The notes beneath the pieces were generated by a model. That model was not told the DNA's origin. It ran no database searches and saw only the letters and a list, made by a program, of their open reading frames with translations. Positions 11,951 to 25,832 of a DNA stretch of 64,000 nucleotides are shown here, piece by piece. Each line of letters opens with the position of its first letter. Positions within the stretch are counted from its first letter, which is position 1. The DNA lies in assembly GCF_964355755.1 (NCBI RefSeq), contig NC_092678.1, positions 7,704,422 through 7,768,421 on the forward strand, given 5' to 3'. The translations under genes were made by a program, and so were the position numbers. Source of the stretch: Antedon mediterranea (Eukaryota; Animalia; Echinodermata).

Positions 11951-12819
11951 CTTAAAAAATAAATAGAAAAAAAAATGATAAACTATGTTTTGGAAGTTAA
12001 TTATGCCGCTTTGCAATAAACCTCAATCAAAAATTGCTATAAATACAAAATATTAATCAAGTTATACACACATATTTAATGGGGGGAAAATGACTATTCA
12101 ATTAAAAAACACACACATCATGAGAAACTCCCATTACTTTTACATGAAACATCAGCAAAAATTGATTATTCTCAAGGATCAATATCATTTAGTTTTCTTT
12201 CGCCTTCCCAGAGTTTCTATATGTAATTACACCACTTTCCTTTTTAAAATTACAAAAGGAACCTAAATACATACGGTAGCTTGAAATGGTTGGGAATAGG
12301 CAGTAAATCTAGGGTAGCAAGACGATTTGGCCCTGGACGATTTGCCCTATTTATTATTGTTGACTTTGCAATGATGTATTTTATAAACTTAATAACAATT
12401 TTTTTTGTTTTTGCATTTTCAGAGAGACTATGGGGTAGTAGTAGTGCTAGGGATTAACAATGCAATAAACCAAACATTTCTGACTTGTTTTGAAAATATA
12501 GGGCTTAAAGAATTGCCAAATTATTTTTCGCAACATATACGATGTATACAAATAATACCCTCTGTTGGCGAATGCATGAATACGAAAGTTTTTAAATAAT
12601 AATTACATTATTATTATTAAATGTTATATCTGTTGTATATACATTGTATATTATTTGGGCCAAGAGCCTTGTGTAATGAGGGAAGAAAGCTGTTCTCTGT
12701 AGTTTTAATGTTGCATTGATTCGACTATGTCGCACATGAATGATTGGAATTTTATTGTTTCTTTGGTTTTTAGGTAGTTTTTTCTTTTTTATATTTCATC
12801 AAACATACTTATGACTTAC

Positions 12820-13059
12820 CATTAGCAACCCACACTGTAAATACACATGTTCCTGTATTATTAGCAGAATCTGTAGCAGTACAGATAGCATCTGTAGAAC
12901 CAGCAGAAAAATATGAACCAGAAGGTGGAGTACAAGTAGCTGACAGACCAGTATCACCATTATCGGTGACAAAGGGGTCAAGCCAACTCACACTGACCTG
13001 ATCTGTGTCAGAATTTTCTTCAACTTTTTCTGGGCAAATCACATTGGGTTTACCAACAT
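12820..13059 (-). CDS. Gene A exon 8: HYR domain 2
   Basis: ctttag| acceptor and |gtaagt donor, 240 nt, phase 1-1. DVGKPNVICP...VSWLDPFVTDN...GSYFSAGSTDAICTATDSANNTGTCVFTVWV is a typical HYR. Confidence 0.9.
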
Positions 13060-13333
13060 CTAAAGAAAAAGTTGAACAAACAAAAACTAATTAATCAGCT
13101 AAGTAAGCCTATAGCAAAATATTAACAAATTTAAAATACAACTAGAATTTAATTCGTCACTTTGACGAATTATAGGTGATCATTTTTATAATTTTATTGA
13201 CATTAAAATTTTTTAAACATGCACGTATGTTAACATACGATCGGAAAATGTTGATGTATGCCATCCCATTATACGCTTATAGTGCTGAGAATTGTGCCTA
13301 TTTATATGCCATACATTATGTACAGTATAAACT

Positions 13334-15058
13334 ACTACTACACTACTTGTACCCCCACGTCGGACATCACACCAAGAATTTACTGCACACCAAAAATCCA
13401 TAAAATGAATAATCCGTTACGTCCCATAGTCGATTATACGGGATCCATTATGTACAATTTGTCACGAAGCTTAGCCGACATTCTCGTACCACTAGTTGGA
13501 AACAGCATCCATCATGTTACTAATTCGCTTGAATTTGTCAATGACATAAAGGACATTAAGTTACAGCCAAATGAAACATTGGTCTCTTATGATGTTGTGT
13601 CATTATTTACCAAGACACCAGTCAACAAGTCTCTCAAAATAATTGAAGAACGCTTACACTGTGAAAAACAACTATCAGAGAGAACGTGGTTACATATCAA
13701 CGACATTATGGAATTGCTTCAATTGGTTCTCACCACCACATATTTCAGCTTCAGAGGAGATATCTACCAGCAAAATTCAGGTATGGCCATGGGTAGTCCA
13801 TGTTCTCCGATTGTTGCGAATTTATTTATGGAATGGCTGGAAAATGAGACAATAACTACAGCTCACACCGACATAAAACCGAGGATATGGAAAAGGTATG
13901 TAGATGACATTATAACAATAATTCCCAAGGATGCGACATAACCATCATTACAACACTTAAACAAAATCGATGATGACATTAATTTCACTTGCGAAGAAAT
14001 GTCCTTAACAGACAACTCTATCCCATTCTTGGATACGCTAATTTTAGTTGATGGGGAAGGCAACATCAACACTAAAGTTTTTAGGAAAGCCACCCACACA
14101 AATCAATACTTGGACTTTAACTCACATCATCCTCTACAACACAAGTTATCCGTTATCCGCACACTTCTACACAGATGTAACACGATAATCACAAATAATG
14201 CAGACAAACAGAACGAAACTAAGATGATACATACTTCACTTAAACAATGTGACTACCCAACATGGACGATTAGAAAGGTACAACGTAACTTAGATAAACC
14301 AAAAACGGACACACAACCCGAAACAGAAGACATAAGAGGGTCGATATCCATCTCATATATTCAAGACCTGTCAGAGAAAATCAAGAGAACATTTAAAAAA
14401 TATAACATACGAACATACTTTAAACCATCTAACAAAATTAAAAACTTAATCGTCCGACCGAAAGATAAATGCATGCAAAGGAGATTCCTGTGGTGTTGTC
14501 TACAAATTGGGTTGCACCAACTGTGAGATGGTGTACATTGGGGAAATGGGTAGGGCACTCAAAACCAGAATTAAAGAACACAAGAAAGATGTTGAGGAAA
14601 ACACACAGAACATACAGACGCGTGCATCACGGAAAGTTTCGTCCTCCATTTTACATAAATCAGCAATCACGGACCATATGACCACACACAACCACATACC
14701 TAACTGGGATAAGATAGAGGTACTACACAAAGAACAAGTTTGGCTTAAACATAAAATGAAAGAAAGCATCAGTATAAGAAAGCAAAATAAAAATACAAAG
14801 ATGAATAGAGACGAAGGCACGCACCAACTATCTCATATTTACGATCAGCTTCTGACGACGACTGGTCCCCTAGGCTACACAACAAAAACATCTAGTGGCT
14901 GGAAAGGAGACCAGTCGGCGTCATAACGCATCATAGCAACTGAAGAAGTCAAGCTGACAGCTAGACGAAACTGTCTTGCCAACGTAAGTTTTATTGGTTT
15001 ACTATCAAAGAACTACTTATATCATTATACGAATCGAAACCAGAAGAAATGTTTTCAT
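13334..15058 (+). mobile_element. Penelope-like retroelement (RT + GIY-YIG endonuclease), 5'-truncated and inactivated
   Basis: RT motifs PKIHK..PLRPIV, YDVVSLFT, GMAMGSPCSP, RYVDD. GIY-YIG GVVY..GCTNC..VYIGE. In-frame stop at 13939-13941 and frameshift near 14470. Direct repeat TACAGTATAAACT at 13321-13333 and 15059-15071. Confidence 0.93.
14936..14979 (+). ncRNA. Minimal hammerhead ribozyme in the Penelope 3' pseudo-LTR
   Basis: GCAA-CTGAAGA-A-GTC..AGCT(gac)AGCT..GAC-GAAA-CTG-TC-TTGC, with stem I GCAA/TTGC, just after the endonuclease stop codon. Confidence 0.8.
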
Positions 15059-16217
15059 TACAGTATAAACTGTATATCTACAGTGTAGCATTGGTGAAAT
15101 TACGGACACACATCATGTTCTAATTTTTTGGTATGATGCCGTTGTCAAAATAAACCTGAAGATCACAATTTCGAAAGATAATGAATTGAGCAAAAAATTA
15201 TAAGATTTGGAAGAAAATTTGGCAGGTAGAAGCGCACTGCACGCTCTTTGAAATTTTTATAAATTTGACGAAAGAGAGAAAAAAACTACTTTTTAACTTC
15301 AACTGGCCATTTCATAACGTCAAAACATCTGATAGGCCTAATTTTTATATGAATTCATATCTACATTTCATCAGCTTTCATAATAAATTATAATCATCAA
15401 GGTCACATTTAATTCTGAAGAGCTGTAAGGTATTCAAATGTATGGTGTAGGTGAAATTACACAACCTACGTTATTCAAGTTTTTACGCGTGATAACGTCA
15501 TAAAAATGAAAATGTTGACAACTCATGAGAAAGATGATTAATTGAGCAATCATATACTAAAATTTTAGCGAAAATCGGGCACAAAATAACCGAGATGCGC
15601 TCTGTTGAATGTGATAATCTATGACGAAAGAGAAAAAAACCTAATTTTTAAATTCGCGTGGCCCTTTGGTGACGTCACAACATTTTGTACGTCAAATGTG
15701 TACATGAATTCATATCAAAAACTCAATGGATACCAGAATAAGTTAAAAAAATTGGGGGTCATCGTGCATTTTGAAGAATTATTTTAATTTTAAAAATGCC
15801 TTATTTTTCACCATTTTCATCACTTTGATGCAATTAATGTGCGCATTTTGTCATTTTTAACCTGCTCGTATAGCGTTATTTTAAGTCGGAACGGACTCAA
15901 ATTTGGGGAATGTACTAAGGATGGTGAGTAGAATGCGTGTACAGTAGTAAATTTCATTAATATGTGATAATGAATTAAGGAGATATGATTGATAATGTGA
16001 TTTCACAAAATGGCGTATAAATGACGTCACGGATGAGTGATCACGCTGAAAAGCTTATTAGGACTAAGTTAAAGTATTTGAAAGACAATTTTGGTAATCA
16101 ATAACATTAAACTTTTTGAGATATTTGTTACACAAAATCTGTACAGAGAGAAATAAAGAAGAATAAAGATTTCATACAATAACAATAGGTGATCATTTTA
16201 TTCTAAATGATCACTCA

Positions 16218-16533
16218 GTGAGTGAGTGGCCGAGCGGTTAAGACAGTGGAACCGTAATCACGTAGCCATAACATCGGCAGGGGTTCGAGGCTCACTCACT
16301 CCATGGTTCTGGTGGTAGAACGAGTCTTCTCGGATAAGGACTATAAACCGTAGGTCCAGTGTACACAACTTGCTCGTGTGCACTTTAAAGAACCTAGTAC
16401 ATCTTTCGAGACGAGTAGGGGGTTACCCCGGTGTACTAGTACATCACAGCCACTTATCACCAACTGGGCCCTCTGGGAGATCAGTCTTTGACTGAAGAGG
16501 TCACCCAGTATAAAGATAAAACAAACAAACAAA
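16218..16533 (+). mobile_element. tRNA-derived SINE
   Basis: A box TGGCCGAGCGG, B box GGTTCGAGGC, unique body, 3' stem-loop and (AAAC)n tail. Confidence 0.85.
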
Positions 16534-17190
16534 CCTAATTAATTGTCCATATAGAATTGCAATTATTTACAGTATTGTATTCATATCAAATCAACCTATT
16601 TATGACACTATCATAATGATGTTCCAGTGTCTGTGTGAGGGTGTAAATTGTACTCCTCCGCATAGAATAAATAGGACGGGACAATTTACATGTTAGTCCA
16701 GTTTTATGACACTGGTTAATAAAAAAATAAATAAATAGTGTTACATAAATATTTATTATCACGGTCTAATATGGCATTTTTAATGTATGGGTAGATAATG
16801 TGTTAAGCGGAATAATCCGCACCCATTACGCGTATTCGTCGGAGAATGGTAAGCTTGGGATGATACCTGATACATCCTCTCTCCTTCGGACGCTTGCATC
16901 GACTAGACGTGTATTTGCCTAGCCTGTTAAACAATTTAATTATTTCTTTTTGTTGAGAGCACATCGTTTGATCTTGATGTAATCTGTAAGTTTTAAATAT
17001 TGTTTAATTTATAATATGTTTAGGTTAAATACAGTTTAACTTATTTAAATTATAATATAACAACAATTTAATTTAATGTTTGTCTAGCCTAGAAGATATC
17101 AATGGAAAAATCTCCTAGGCTGGGTTGAAGCATCAAACCCTGTAACTTTTATTATAAAAGTTGAAATGTGTGCATGGAAGTGTTACATAC

Positions 17191-17436
17191 CTATTTTAAT
17201 ATCAACTGTAAATTCACAGCTTCCTGTGTAACCAGCAGTATCCGTAGCAGAGCAGTTAACATTAGTTGAACCAACATAAAATACTGAAGGAGAAGGTGGA
17301 TTACAAGTAGCTGACAGACCAGTATCAACATTGTCAGTGACTGAGGGGTCATCCCACTTCACTGCAAATATGCCACTTTCACTGTCAACAAAGTGTTCAA
17401 TATTTTCTGGACAGATCACAATTGGGGGATTAATAT
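17191..17436 (-). CDS. Gene A exon 7: HYR domain 1
   Basis: cttttag| acceptor and |gtatgt donor, 246 nt, phase 1-1. DINPPIVICPENI...VKWDDPSVTDN...CSATDTAGYTGSCEFTVDIKI. Confidence 0.9.
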
Positions 17437-18499
17437 CTAAAAGAAACACATATATTGTATGAAAATATCAAATGATGAATGAATAAATGTGGTGGTATAC
17501 CACAAAGAGATCAATGTTTGCAACATATTAAATGTGTGTTATTATATAATTTTTCTCTACGTGATTTATTTTGCTTATTTTCTATTCATTTATACTGGGT
17601 AACCTCAAAAAATGAATCTCCCAGTTACGATCATTTGCTGTGTGTGTAATAGTACACTGGGGTAACTCCTGCTTGTATCGAAAGACAGTCGTGTACACTG
17701 GACCTATTAGTCATTAACAAATATTTGTTGCTTTTAAATTTATAATCGGTGATAGATATTCATAAAATCGCGCGTAACTTATGCTACACTTTAGATTTGG
17801 AATGTACCATTCACATTTTGGTGAAGTGCTTGGTTCGTCGGTTGTCAATTTTGAAGTTTATAAAATAGATATAATTTAAATTACATGACAATTTCAAAAC
17901 AATTAGATACTTGGATTTTTGAATTGGAAGACGCGTTTATTTAATGGTTGGACCACAACTTTGTCATGTGTCAAAATATTATAGCAGATATTCTTAATCT
18001 TAGTTTCAGTTACAAAGACAATATAAAATGAAGTTATATAACTCAATAATGACTTTTTTTTCTCTTAATTTCATAATTAATCATACATTTGATACATACA
18101 CTATTGAAATGAAAAATAGGGTTGATCCTGAGAATTCTTGCGATCTATATAAATTTTAAAATGTAGCATATTTTCACCATTTTGTTAACTTACATGTGCG
18201 TAGCCTGTCACTTTTAATGTTGAAAAGTGAATAAAATATGATAAAATTGACAAAGAAAGGTTGTAAAATAGAAATCATGCAAAAAGAGTGAGCATAATAG
18301 TTCTGCGTACTCATGGCAATTTTTAAATGCTTAACATTGCCTGAAACGTACTGTAATTTCATCGAAAATAAATGTTGACAATTTTTAAAATTGTAAGCGC
18401 GCATACGCATAAACTGGAACATCTGGGTGTTTAGAAATTACTATATGAGGAGCAGATTCCCATTTACTTGCTAGTTTCTGTGTACCTATAATGTGTTTA

Positions 18500-19310
18500 C
18501 GTTGTACAAATACACGGTCACCAGGTTCTAAGACAGCATCAATTGTTCCTTTATCATAAGTTTGCTTTCGTTTACGTCAAGCTTTTTTAAGGCAATCTGT
18601 TGCAGTAGTATAAGATAATTTGAGGTGATTTCGCAACTGGTTACCTATTCTTCATAGGAATCTGGGTCGGAATCGAATTTTAGGCCGAGAATGACGTCGA
18701 TTGGTAATTTTGGGTGACGGCCAAACATTAAATAAAAGCGAGTTGAATCATGACGAGTTGCATTGTATGCATGAACCACAGGGCTCACAATTCTTTCCAG
18801 TTCAATTTTTCTTTGGTATATAAAGTACCTAACATGTTTAACAAGGCGCGGTTGAATCGTTCAGTTTGTCCATTACACTGAGGATGGTAGGGTGTGGTTT
18901 GGGATTTTTTAATGTTACCTAAATTGCAAAGTTCCTTTAATTAAATTGCTTTCAAAGTTTCGACATTGGTCTGTGTGAATTTTGGTGGGAATACCATAAT
19001 GAAAAATAAAATTTTCCCATAATATTTTGGCTACGGTTTTGGCTTTTTGATCGAGAGTAGGGTAAGCTTGAAAATTTTTAGTGAAGTGATCCGTTATTAC
19101 CAGTATATTTTCATACCCGCCTTTGGACCTTTCTAATTTTAGAAAGTCCATACCAATTATCTCCATAGGGTCTGAACTAGTTATGTTAACCATAGGGACT
19201 CTAGCTCTAATTGTCGTCTTTCTAACGGAACAATTCTTACAACTTTCAACCCAACTTTTGACAAATTCAGTCATTTGGGGCCAAAAAAATCTACGTTGGA
19301 AAAGTTCGAG
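18500..19310 (-). mobile_element. Gypsy integrase fragment (degenerate)
   Basis: CKNC zinc-finger end, GMDF...ILVITDHFTK...GIPTKIHTDQCRNFES. A frameshifted continuation carries TTPYHPQCNGQTERFN. Confidence 0.85.
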
Positions 19311-21103
19311 GGTACTTCTATGCCTAAATGACCACCATTATTGTGCAGGCTTTCCAGAGAGAGTTTGCGCAAACTCATGAGGTAACTAACACTAATAACC
19401 ATTTTCATATTTTAAATAGATTAGAAAAAAAAAAGAGGAAACAGAGGGATGTAATGTAATGATATAATATATAATTGAGAAATCAACCTTTTTATTACAA
19501 ATCAATTGAGTTAACCACTTTGCACCAGAAAGGTCCAGTGAAGAGGTTGTCCAGATGTTTCAAAAAGTCCCTGGACAGACTTAGGACCAATCATTAACCT
19601 CAGAGATGATGTAATGACATATGCTAATGAACAGAAGTCAATATACACTCACAGACACTTCTTCGAAAACACACCTTACTGACTTTAATTGTATCTACCA
19701 ATTAGGTCAGCTGCTGTTGATTCCTTGTTTTAATATACTTTATTTGTTTATAAAATTATATATTTATTTTAGTTAAGGTCATGGGACTGCTGACTCTTGT
19801 AGTTACAGTAATCGTATTACTTTAGCAGTCCCTGACCAATTTCATCTTTGTACATTGTATATATGTTTTGTTGGTCGAATAAATAAATGAAATGAAATGA
19901 ATGTACGCAGCTCTCACAACATACAGAAATTAAAAGAGTAAAATTGATGTTTAAAGTACTTCCTTTAATATGCACCATCCACAATAATGTCAAATCAGGA
20001 CAAAGGAAAACAAAGGAGAACAGCACACTGTGCACACTTGGCAAATAATATGTAAAGTAATATGTAAATGAGAATGCAACAAAATAAATGAATATTCAAG
20101 GAAAAAACTTAATTAAACTTAGATCAAAAGAAACTAAAGTAGTAATATAAATAACTACATGCAAACTGCAGTAACACCGACACTTCCTCAGAAGCATACC
20201 TACAGCCAAACCTCACCTACAGCATCACTCTTATACTTGTTCCTGTTTCTGTATAATTATATTGTATTGTGTATTATAATGTATTATTGAATAAACAACT
20301 GTGATATTCAATCAACCAAGCAAGTAGAGTCTTTAATACAGTAAAACCTCCACACATTATATTACAAAACTATGAGAAAAACGATGGGAAATGGTAAAAG
20401 CTTTATGTTTATATTCGGCATAGCAACTGTCTACTAATGGTGGAGGAACGAGGTGCATATAGAGCGTGCGTCATTCGATCCCACAGGGGTGATCGTGTTT
20501 TGTTAATTTTTTTCGAAAGATATTGTTGGGTCTTTTGTACCTTGTTTTTTTAATGAATTTTCTCTAATACTTGACTTACAAATATATATATATAAACAAA
20601 CATCTTTATCGTTTCAAATTAATTAATTAAAATTTCAGTATATCACCGGGCGATTTAGAATTAATGTTCTTTGCCTAATGTGTTTATATAAACCAACATT
20701 GAAATAAAACAAGGCCTATATCATATAATAAATAACAAATACTTGTACGGCAAAGAAGCAAACTAGTATGTTACGTAGTATTTTAATTAACCTGAAAAAA
20801 CTGTAATTTAAAGCAAGAAATGGTCAAATTGGCTGCCAGCCAATGGGTTATTGATTGAATTTAACAATTTATTGTTATTTTTTTCATTTTTTTTTTCTTT
20901 TCATACAGAAATGATTAACTTTATTAAAACTACAAAATAACATATTCAACGTCTAATTTAATCTTTTATAATCTTAATAATCTAATCTTAACGTTTTCTA
21001 TATTGCAAAATGTTACCTTTGGAAATGGAGGGTATGTAGCCCTTCTGTTTATGGTCTTTTAATCTACAAATTCTATTCTAGTGAAATATAGTAGTTCAAA
21101 TAC

Positions 21104-21217
21104 CTTCATACTGGCATCTCTCTCCTGCATATCCAGTCCAGCATGAACACCAAAATCCATATCCATAAGAATAAGCCTGACAGGATCCATTTATACAAGG
21201 ATTTGATGAACATGGAT
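21104..21217 (-). CDS. Gene A exon 6: EGF repeat 5
   Basis: atag| acceptor and |gtattt donor, 114 nt, phase 1-1. DPCSSNPCINGSCQAYSYGYGFWCSCWTGYAGERCQYE. Confidence 0.85.
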
Positions 21218-21519
21218 CTATTCATTTTATTCAAATCAACAACAAAAAAACCATAAAACTTCTGTTAGGATGATATGATCATGCACATAAAGATATTATG
21301 TAGACTATTAATTGCACTGAAATTAATATTTTTAAATGTTTTAAAATTATGTTAAAAGAAATTACTTTTTACTATTTTAAACAGCCAGATGACCAGTTTG
21401 AAGTTAACAAATGACCAGTTTTGAACAATAATTGTCAACAAAACTACAACTTTTCTGTTGATTTCAATTCAATACAACCATAACTTTTTTAAAGGCCATC
21501 AGAGAAAAAGAATTGTTCT

Positions 21520-22570
21520 AGTGGACCTAGATAGCATATTTGGCAATATTCCTAATGTCTTCTGCATCAAAGATGATATCTTAATAGCAGCCAAAACCAA
21601 TAATGAACATGAGAGGGCCATCCAAGACCTCATGAAAGGAAAACATCAAACTAAACCCCGATAAATGCCAAACTAACAAGCGAAACGTCAAGCTCTTCGG
21701 ACAAGTACTCAGCAAAGAAGGAATCGCACCCGATCCCACAAATGTAACAGCAATACAGAACCCAAAAGTACCTGCCAACCAACAGGAATTGTAATCCCTC
21801 TTGGGACTAGTACAATATCTGTCCAAGTTTGCGAAGCTGAGCCATCTCACAGAGCCTATAAGGAAGCTCCTACAGAAGGATGCAGTTTATAGACACCGAG
21901 CCATGACAAAGTGCTTGACAACCATTAAAGACGCCATCATAAACACTCCAGTCCTCGCATATTTTGATGCCAGGAAAGAGATCACAATCGAATGTGATGC
22001 AAGCATGAAAGGCCTTGGAGCAGTGCTCATGCAACAAGACAAACCAGTATATTATACATCAAAATCGCTAACTCCTGCAGAGAAAAATTACAGCAACATT
22101 GAGAGAGAAGGACTAGCTGTCGTATGGGCCATAATACACTTCAGATATTATGTGTTTGGATGTGAATTCACAATCTGCTCTGATCACAAACCATTAGAAG
22201 ACATCGCCAAGAAGGACATCTCTAAAATGCCAAGCAGACTCCAACGACTGATGCTGCAAATGCAGGATTACAAAGGCACAATCAAATATGTACCAAGCAA
22301 AGAAGTCCCGATAGCAGACTGCCTCTCGCGCTGCATAGACACTAATCAGAGAACATTTCAAATTCCTGATCTTGATGTCCAGATATAACGAACTGACTGA
22401 TACAAAATTATTCGTCATAAATAAAATAAAAGAAGCAACCGCAGCAGACAACATGCTACAAGCACTCAGCAAAAATATACTGAATAGATGGCCAAATGAA
22501 AAAAACCAGTGTAACGAAACTACCCATGCGTATTGGCAACATAGATACCAACTAACGATACACAATGGTA
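21520..22570 (+). mobile_element. Gypsy RT/RNase H fragment (degenerate)
   Basis: DDILI, LGLVQYL, CDASMKGLGAVL, YSNIEREGLAVVW, SDHKPL, RLQRLML, IADCLSR, with stops and frameshifts. Confidence 0.88.
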
Positions 22571-23020
22571 TTGATTGATTGATTTTATTCGATATTCATA
22601 CATAAAAGTTAAAATATACAATGTATAAAAAGAATACCTGGATAACCCATTAAGTCGACAAAAAAGTAAACTTATTTCCAATGGAGTCCAATCCATAATA
22701 ACTGAAAAGTGAGTGGTTGGGCCTAGCACAATATATCATTAAGTATTACGCAGTAAAAATGAAAAAACAAGAAAATACATATAAGACAAGATAACATCAA
22801 AAAAACAATATTAAAAAATAACTTAATTAAACTGATATTCCAAGCTGTTCATTATTAAAATATTTTTTAAGTTTTATTTTGAAGGTTGCATTATTTTGTA
22901 TTGATTTGAGTGAATTGGGGAGCCTGTTCCAGTCACGGATACCTAAGAAATAAAAAGTTGTATCGTTAACGCCAGTAGTCTTAGGAGTGACAAAATTAAA
23001 TGTTGTACCCCTGGCTACGG
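22570..23020 (-). mobile_element. LINE (CR1/L2-like) 3' end
   Basis: TFYFLGIRDWNRLPNSLK...FKIKLK C-terminus, 3' UTR and (ATCA)n tail. A UTR-only copy is at ~43660-43920. Confidence 0.75.
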
Positions 23021-23024
23021 TCAC

Positions 23025-24120
23025 CTGGGACAAGACAAGGTAGGTAGCATGATGAAAAAGTGGTCTGAGCTCTCCACCATGCCGCCGCTAAAATATCTGA
23101 AACGGGCACACCCCGAAATAACACCCATGAAGCCACTGAGCCACGCACCTTGTGCATATGAGCTGGCGACGGCAAGCGTGAAGATGCATACGCTGACTTG
23201 ATGGCGGAAACGACCCAACAGACTCTATCCTTATAGAGGGGTTTTATTGTCGTCACAAACAGATGTGACATTCCGTTTCGTAAATTTTGCGTGCGATTAA
23301 CATATATTTGTATCGCACACACTGGTCACCACAGCCTGTCTTCTCGCACAGAGGAGTGCGAGTAAATTTTATAAGAAAAAATGGTTGGTTGAGAGTGGTT
23401 CAGCTGGGTTTGGGTCTTTGCTAAGAACCCTGCTCAAAAAGTGAGACGAACACTTCTCAAACCGAATATGGCAAGGGTCTGAGGAAAGTGCGTGAATCTC
23501 ACCCATACGCTTAAATGACGCTGCGGCTACTAGAAACGCAGTCTTAATAGACACATCGAGCAGAGATGCTGAACCAAGGGGTTCGTATGGTGGTTTTGTA
23601 AGGGCCTCAAAGACCGAGTTTAAGTCCAACCTGGGAAGCAAAGACCACATGGGAGGTCGAATATTAAACATTCCTCTTATCAGCATAGATAGTTCTAAAG
23701 AGGAGGATACTGACGATCCGTCGGTGAACCTTGGTAATACTACTGCAATAGCTGACCGGTACCCCGCTATGGTTCTGACCTGGAGTCCCGACTCAAATAG
23801 GTCATGAAGAAACCGGGAGATTTCTCCGATGTAGATCGATTTCATAACCGGCACACCATTGATAAAAACTGCTGAAGGCGGCTGTTGTTGTATAGTGTTC
23901 TTGTCGACTCCCGTCGAGACTGGGCTGCCAACAAGGCAGGCCTGTCTGGAATTCCTGCACTTCTGAGGCGATTCCTGACAAGGGCCAGGCAGTCAGCGTC
24001 AGGGATTGCAGGTTGTGTAGGCCCGGGATTGAACTAGGAGTTTGGCTGAATTGGCAGGGTCCTGGGCTGAGAATAAAGCAGACTCAGCATTGTGGGGAAC
24101 CAAGCTTGGTAAGACCACCA
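23025..24120 (-). mobile_element. DIRS-like tyrosine recombinase fragment
   Basis: RTIAGYRSAI, KTAFLVAAASFKRMGEIHAL, HKVRGSVASW...ILAAAWW...TTFSSCY match DIRS1 YR motifs, broken by frameshifts. Confidence 0.85.
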
Positions 24121-24300
24121 TGGAGCTAATAGAAGGATTTCAAATAGGCCTATATTATGTTACATAAAATGCTGTTATCCTTTAATTTCATTTATTGTGG
24201 GCTTGGTATATGATACAGTACGTAGTCAGTACTGTAGTATTACCAGCATTTTCCAAGCAAGCTTACGTGATACGTGAATATAATATATGTTCAATTTTGT

Positions 24301-24635
24301 TTAAAGATGTATTGTCCCTCTGAAAAAAATACTTCTTAACATTTTTGTTAAATATGCCATTTTAATGTAACATAATAGTTACCCACTTTGACCAAAAATT
24401 GGATTGAGGAAAAAAATGTATATACCTGAAAAAACTGTAATTTAAAGCAAAAAATTGTCAAATTGGCTGCCAGCCAATGGGTTATTGGTTGAATTTAACA
24501 ATTTATTGTTATTTTTTTCATTTTTTTTCTATGGAAACGATTAACTTGATTAAAATTACAAAATAACATTCAAAGTTCAATTTATTTTTTAATAATCTTC
24601 ATTTTTCGTGTTTTTGAGAGACAATACATCTTTAA
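24301..24635. mobile_element. TTAA-type MITE, copy 4
   Basis: TTAAAGATGTATTGTCCC...GACAATACATCTTTAA. Confidence 0.8.
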
Positions 24636-24801
24636 AAAAATTTTTGGACAGATAAATTTGTTAGCCTGTCTTAAATTTATAGAAAAATATATTTTCTATA
24701 TTGCAAAATGTTACCTTTAGAAATGGAGGGTATGTAGCCCTTCTGTTTATGGTCTTTTAATCTACAAATTCTACTCTAGTGAAGTATAGTAGTTCAAATA
24801 C

Positions 24802-24915
24802 CTTCATACTGGCATCTTTCTCCTGCATATCCAGTCCCGCATAAACAGCTAAATCCATATCCATGAGAATAAGCCTGACAGGATCCATTTATACAAGGAT
24901 TCAATGAACATGGAT
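24802..24915 (-). CDS. Gene A exon 5: EGF repeat 4
   Basis: 114 nt, phase 1-1. DPCSLNPCINGSCQAYSHGYGFSCLCGTGYAGERCQYE. Confidence 0.85.
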
Positions 24916-25832
24916 CTATTCATTTTATTCAAATCAACAAAAAAAAACATAAAACTTTGATTAGGATGATATGATCATGCACATGAAGATATTATGTAGA
25001 CTAATTGCACTGAAATTAATATTTGTACATGTATTTAAATAATGTTAAAAGAAATTACTTTTTATTATTTTAAACAGCCAGATGATCAGTTTGAAGTTAA
25101 CAAATGACCAGTTTTGAACAATAATTGCCAACAAAACTACAACTTTTCTGTTGAATTCAATTCAATACAATCATATAACATTTTCAGAGGCCATTACAGA
25201 AAAACAATTGTTCTGTTTCTGCGAAAAAATAACGGTTAAATGGCAGCTTGAAACTAAGGTTTAAAACACCCAATCGATTAACCAGTTATTGCTGTGCCAG
25301 TTTTAGCTGCAACTATCAACTATTGTAGCAGAACTTTTTTGACTGCCATGAGCGCATTTTATTTTGGGTAATAATTAATACTGATTTTTGAGAACCACCC
25401 AACCACAAATTTAGCAGAAATTTAGTCAAATATATCAATTACATTTTACAATCTATTTTGAAATAACTTTTTTTTTTTAATAAAAAAAAATTCTCGTTTG
25501 AATAATACCATACAGTAATCCATAGCCACTTTATTGCCATTGCTTTATTTCAGTGTCAATATGTAATTGTTTTTTAGTTGAATCTGAAAGGATGAAACTT
25601 GGGAAACTTAAATAAAGGGTTGCTTTTGAATTTATTGTGATTTTGTGATTATTTTTCTTTTTTTTAGATTCAAAATAAAACAAACAAACATCACTGTTTT
25701 AAAATGATTTGGGATTATTACTGTATTGCTAATAATATGTTGCTACATTAACAAATCAACAAATGATATATATATCAGGCAGCACTTGCCAGCTTTATAC
25801 TACTGTATGACGTTATCCAAATTCCTTCACTT

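Larger units (their letters stand above)
13140..16540 (-). mobile_element. Helitron/Helentron-type non-autonomous element hosting the Penelope and SINE insertions
   Basis: Minus-strand 3' end is hairpin AATTCGTCA-AAG-TGACGAATT plus TTCTAGTT (same motif on + at ~29479-29512). The AGGTGATCATTT repeat at ~13174 recurs in a hairpin at ~16186-16214 that is split by the SINE. Confidence 0.5.

Noticed and set aside
16218-16305. Functional tRNA gene
   Set aside because: It has A/B boxes but continues into a SINE body, a LINE-like 3' stem-loop and an (AAAC)n tail.
19440-20370. Possible LTR remnants near the Gypsy integrase fragment
   Set aside because: Composition is LTR-like but there is no paired repeat, PBS or TSD to define boundaries.
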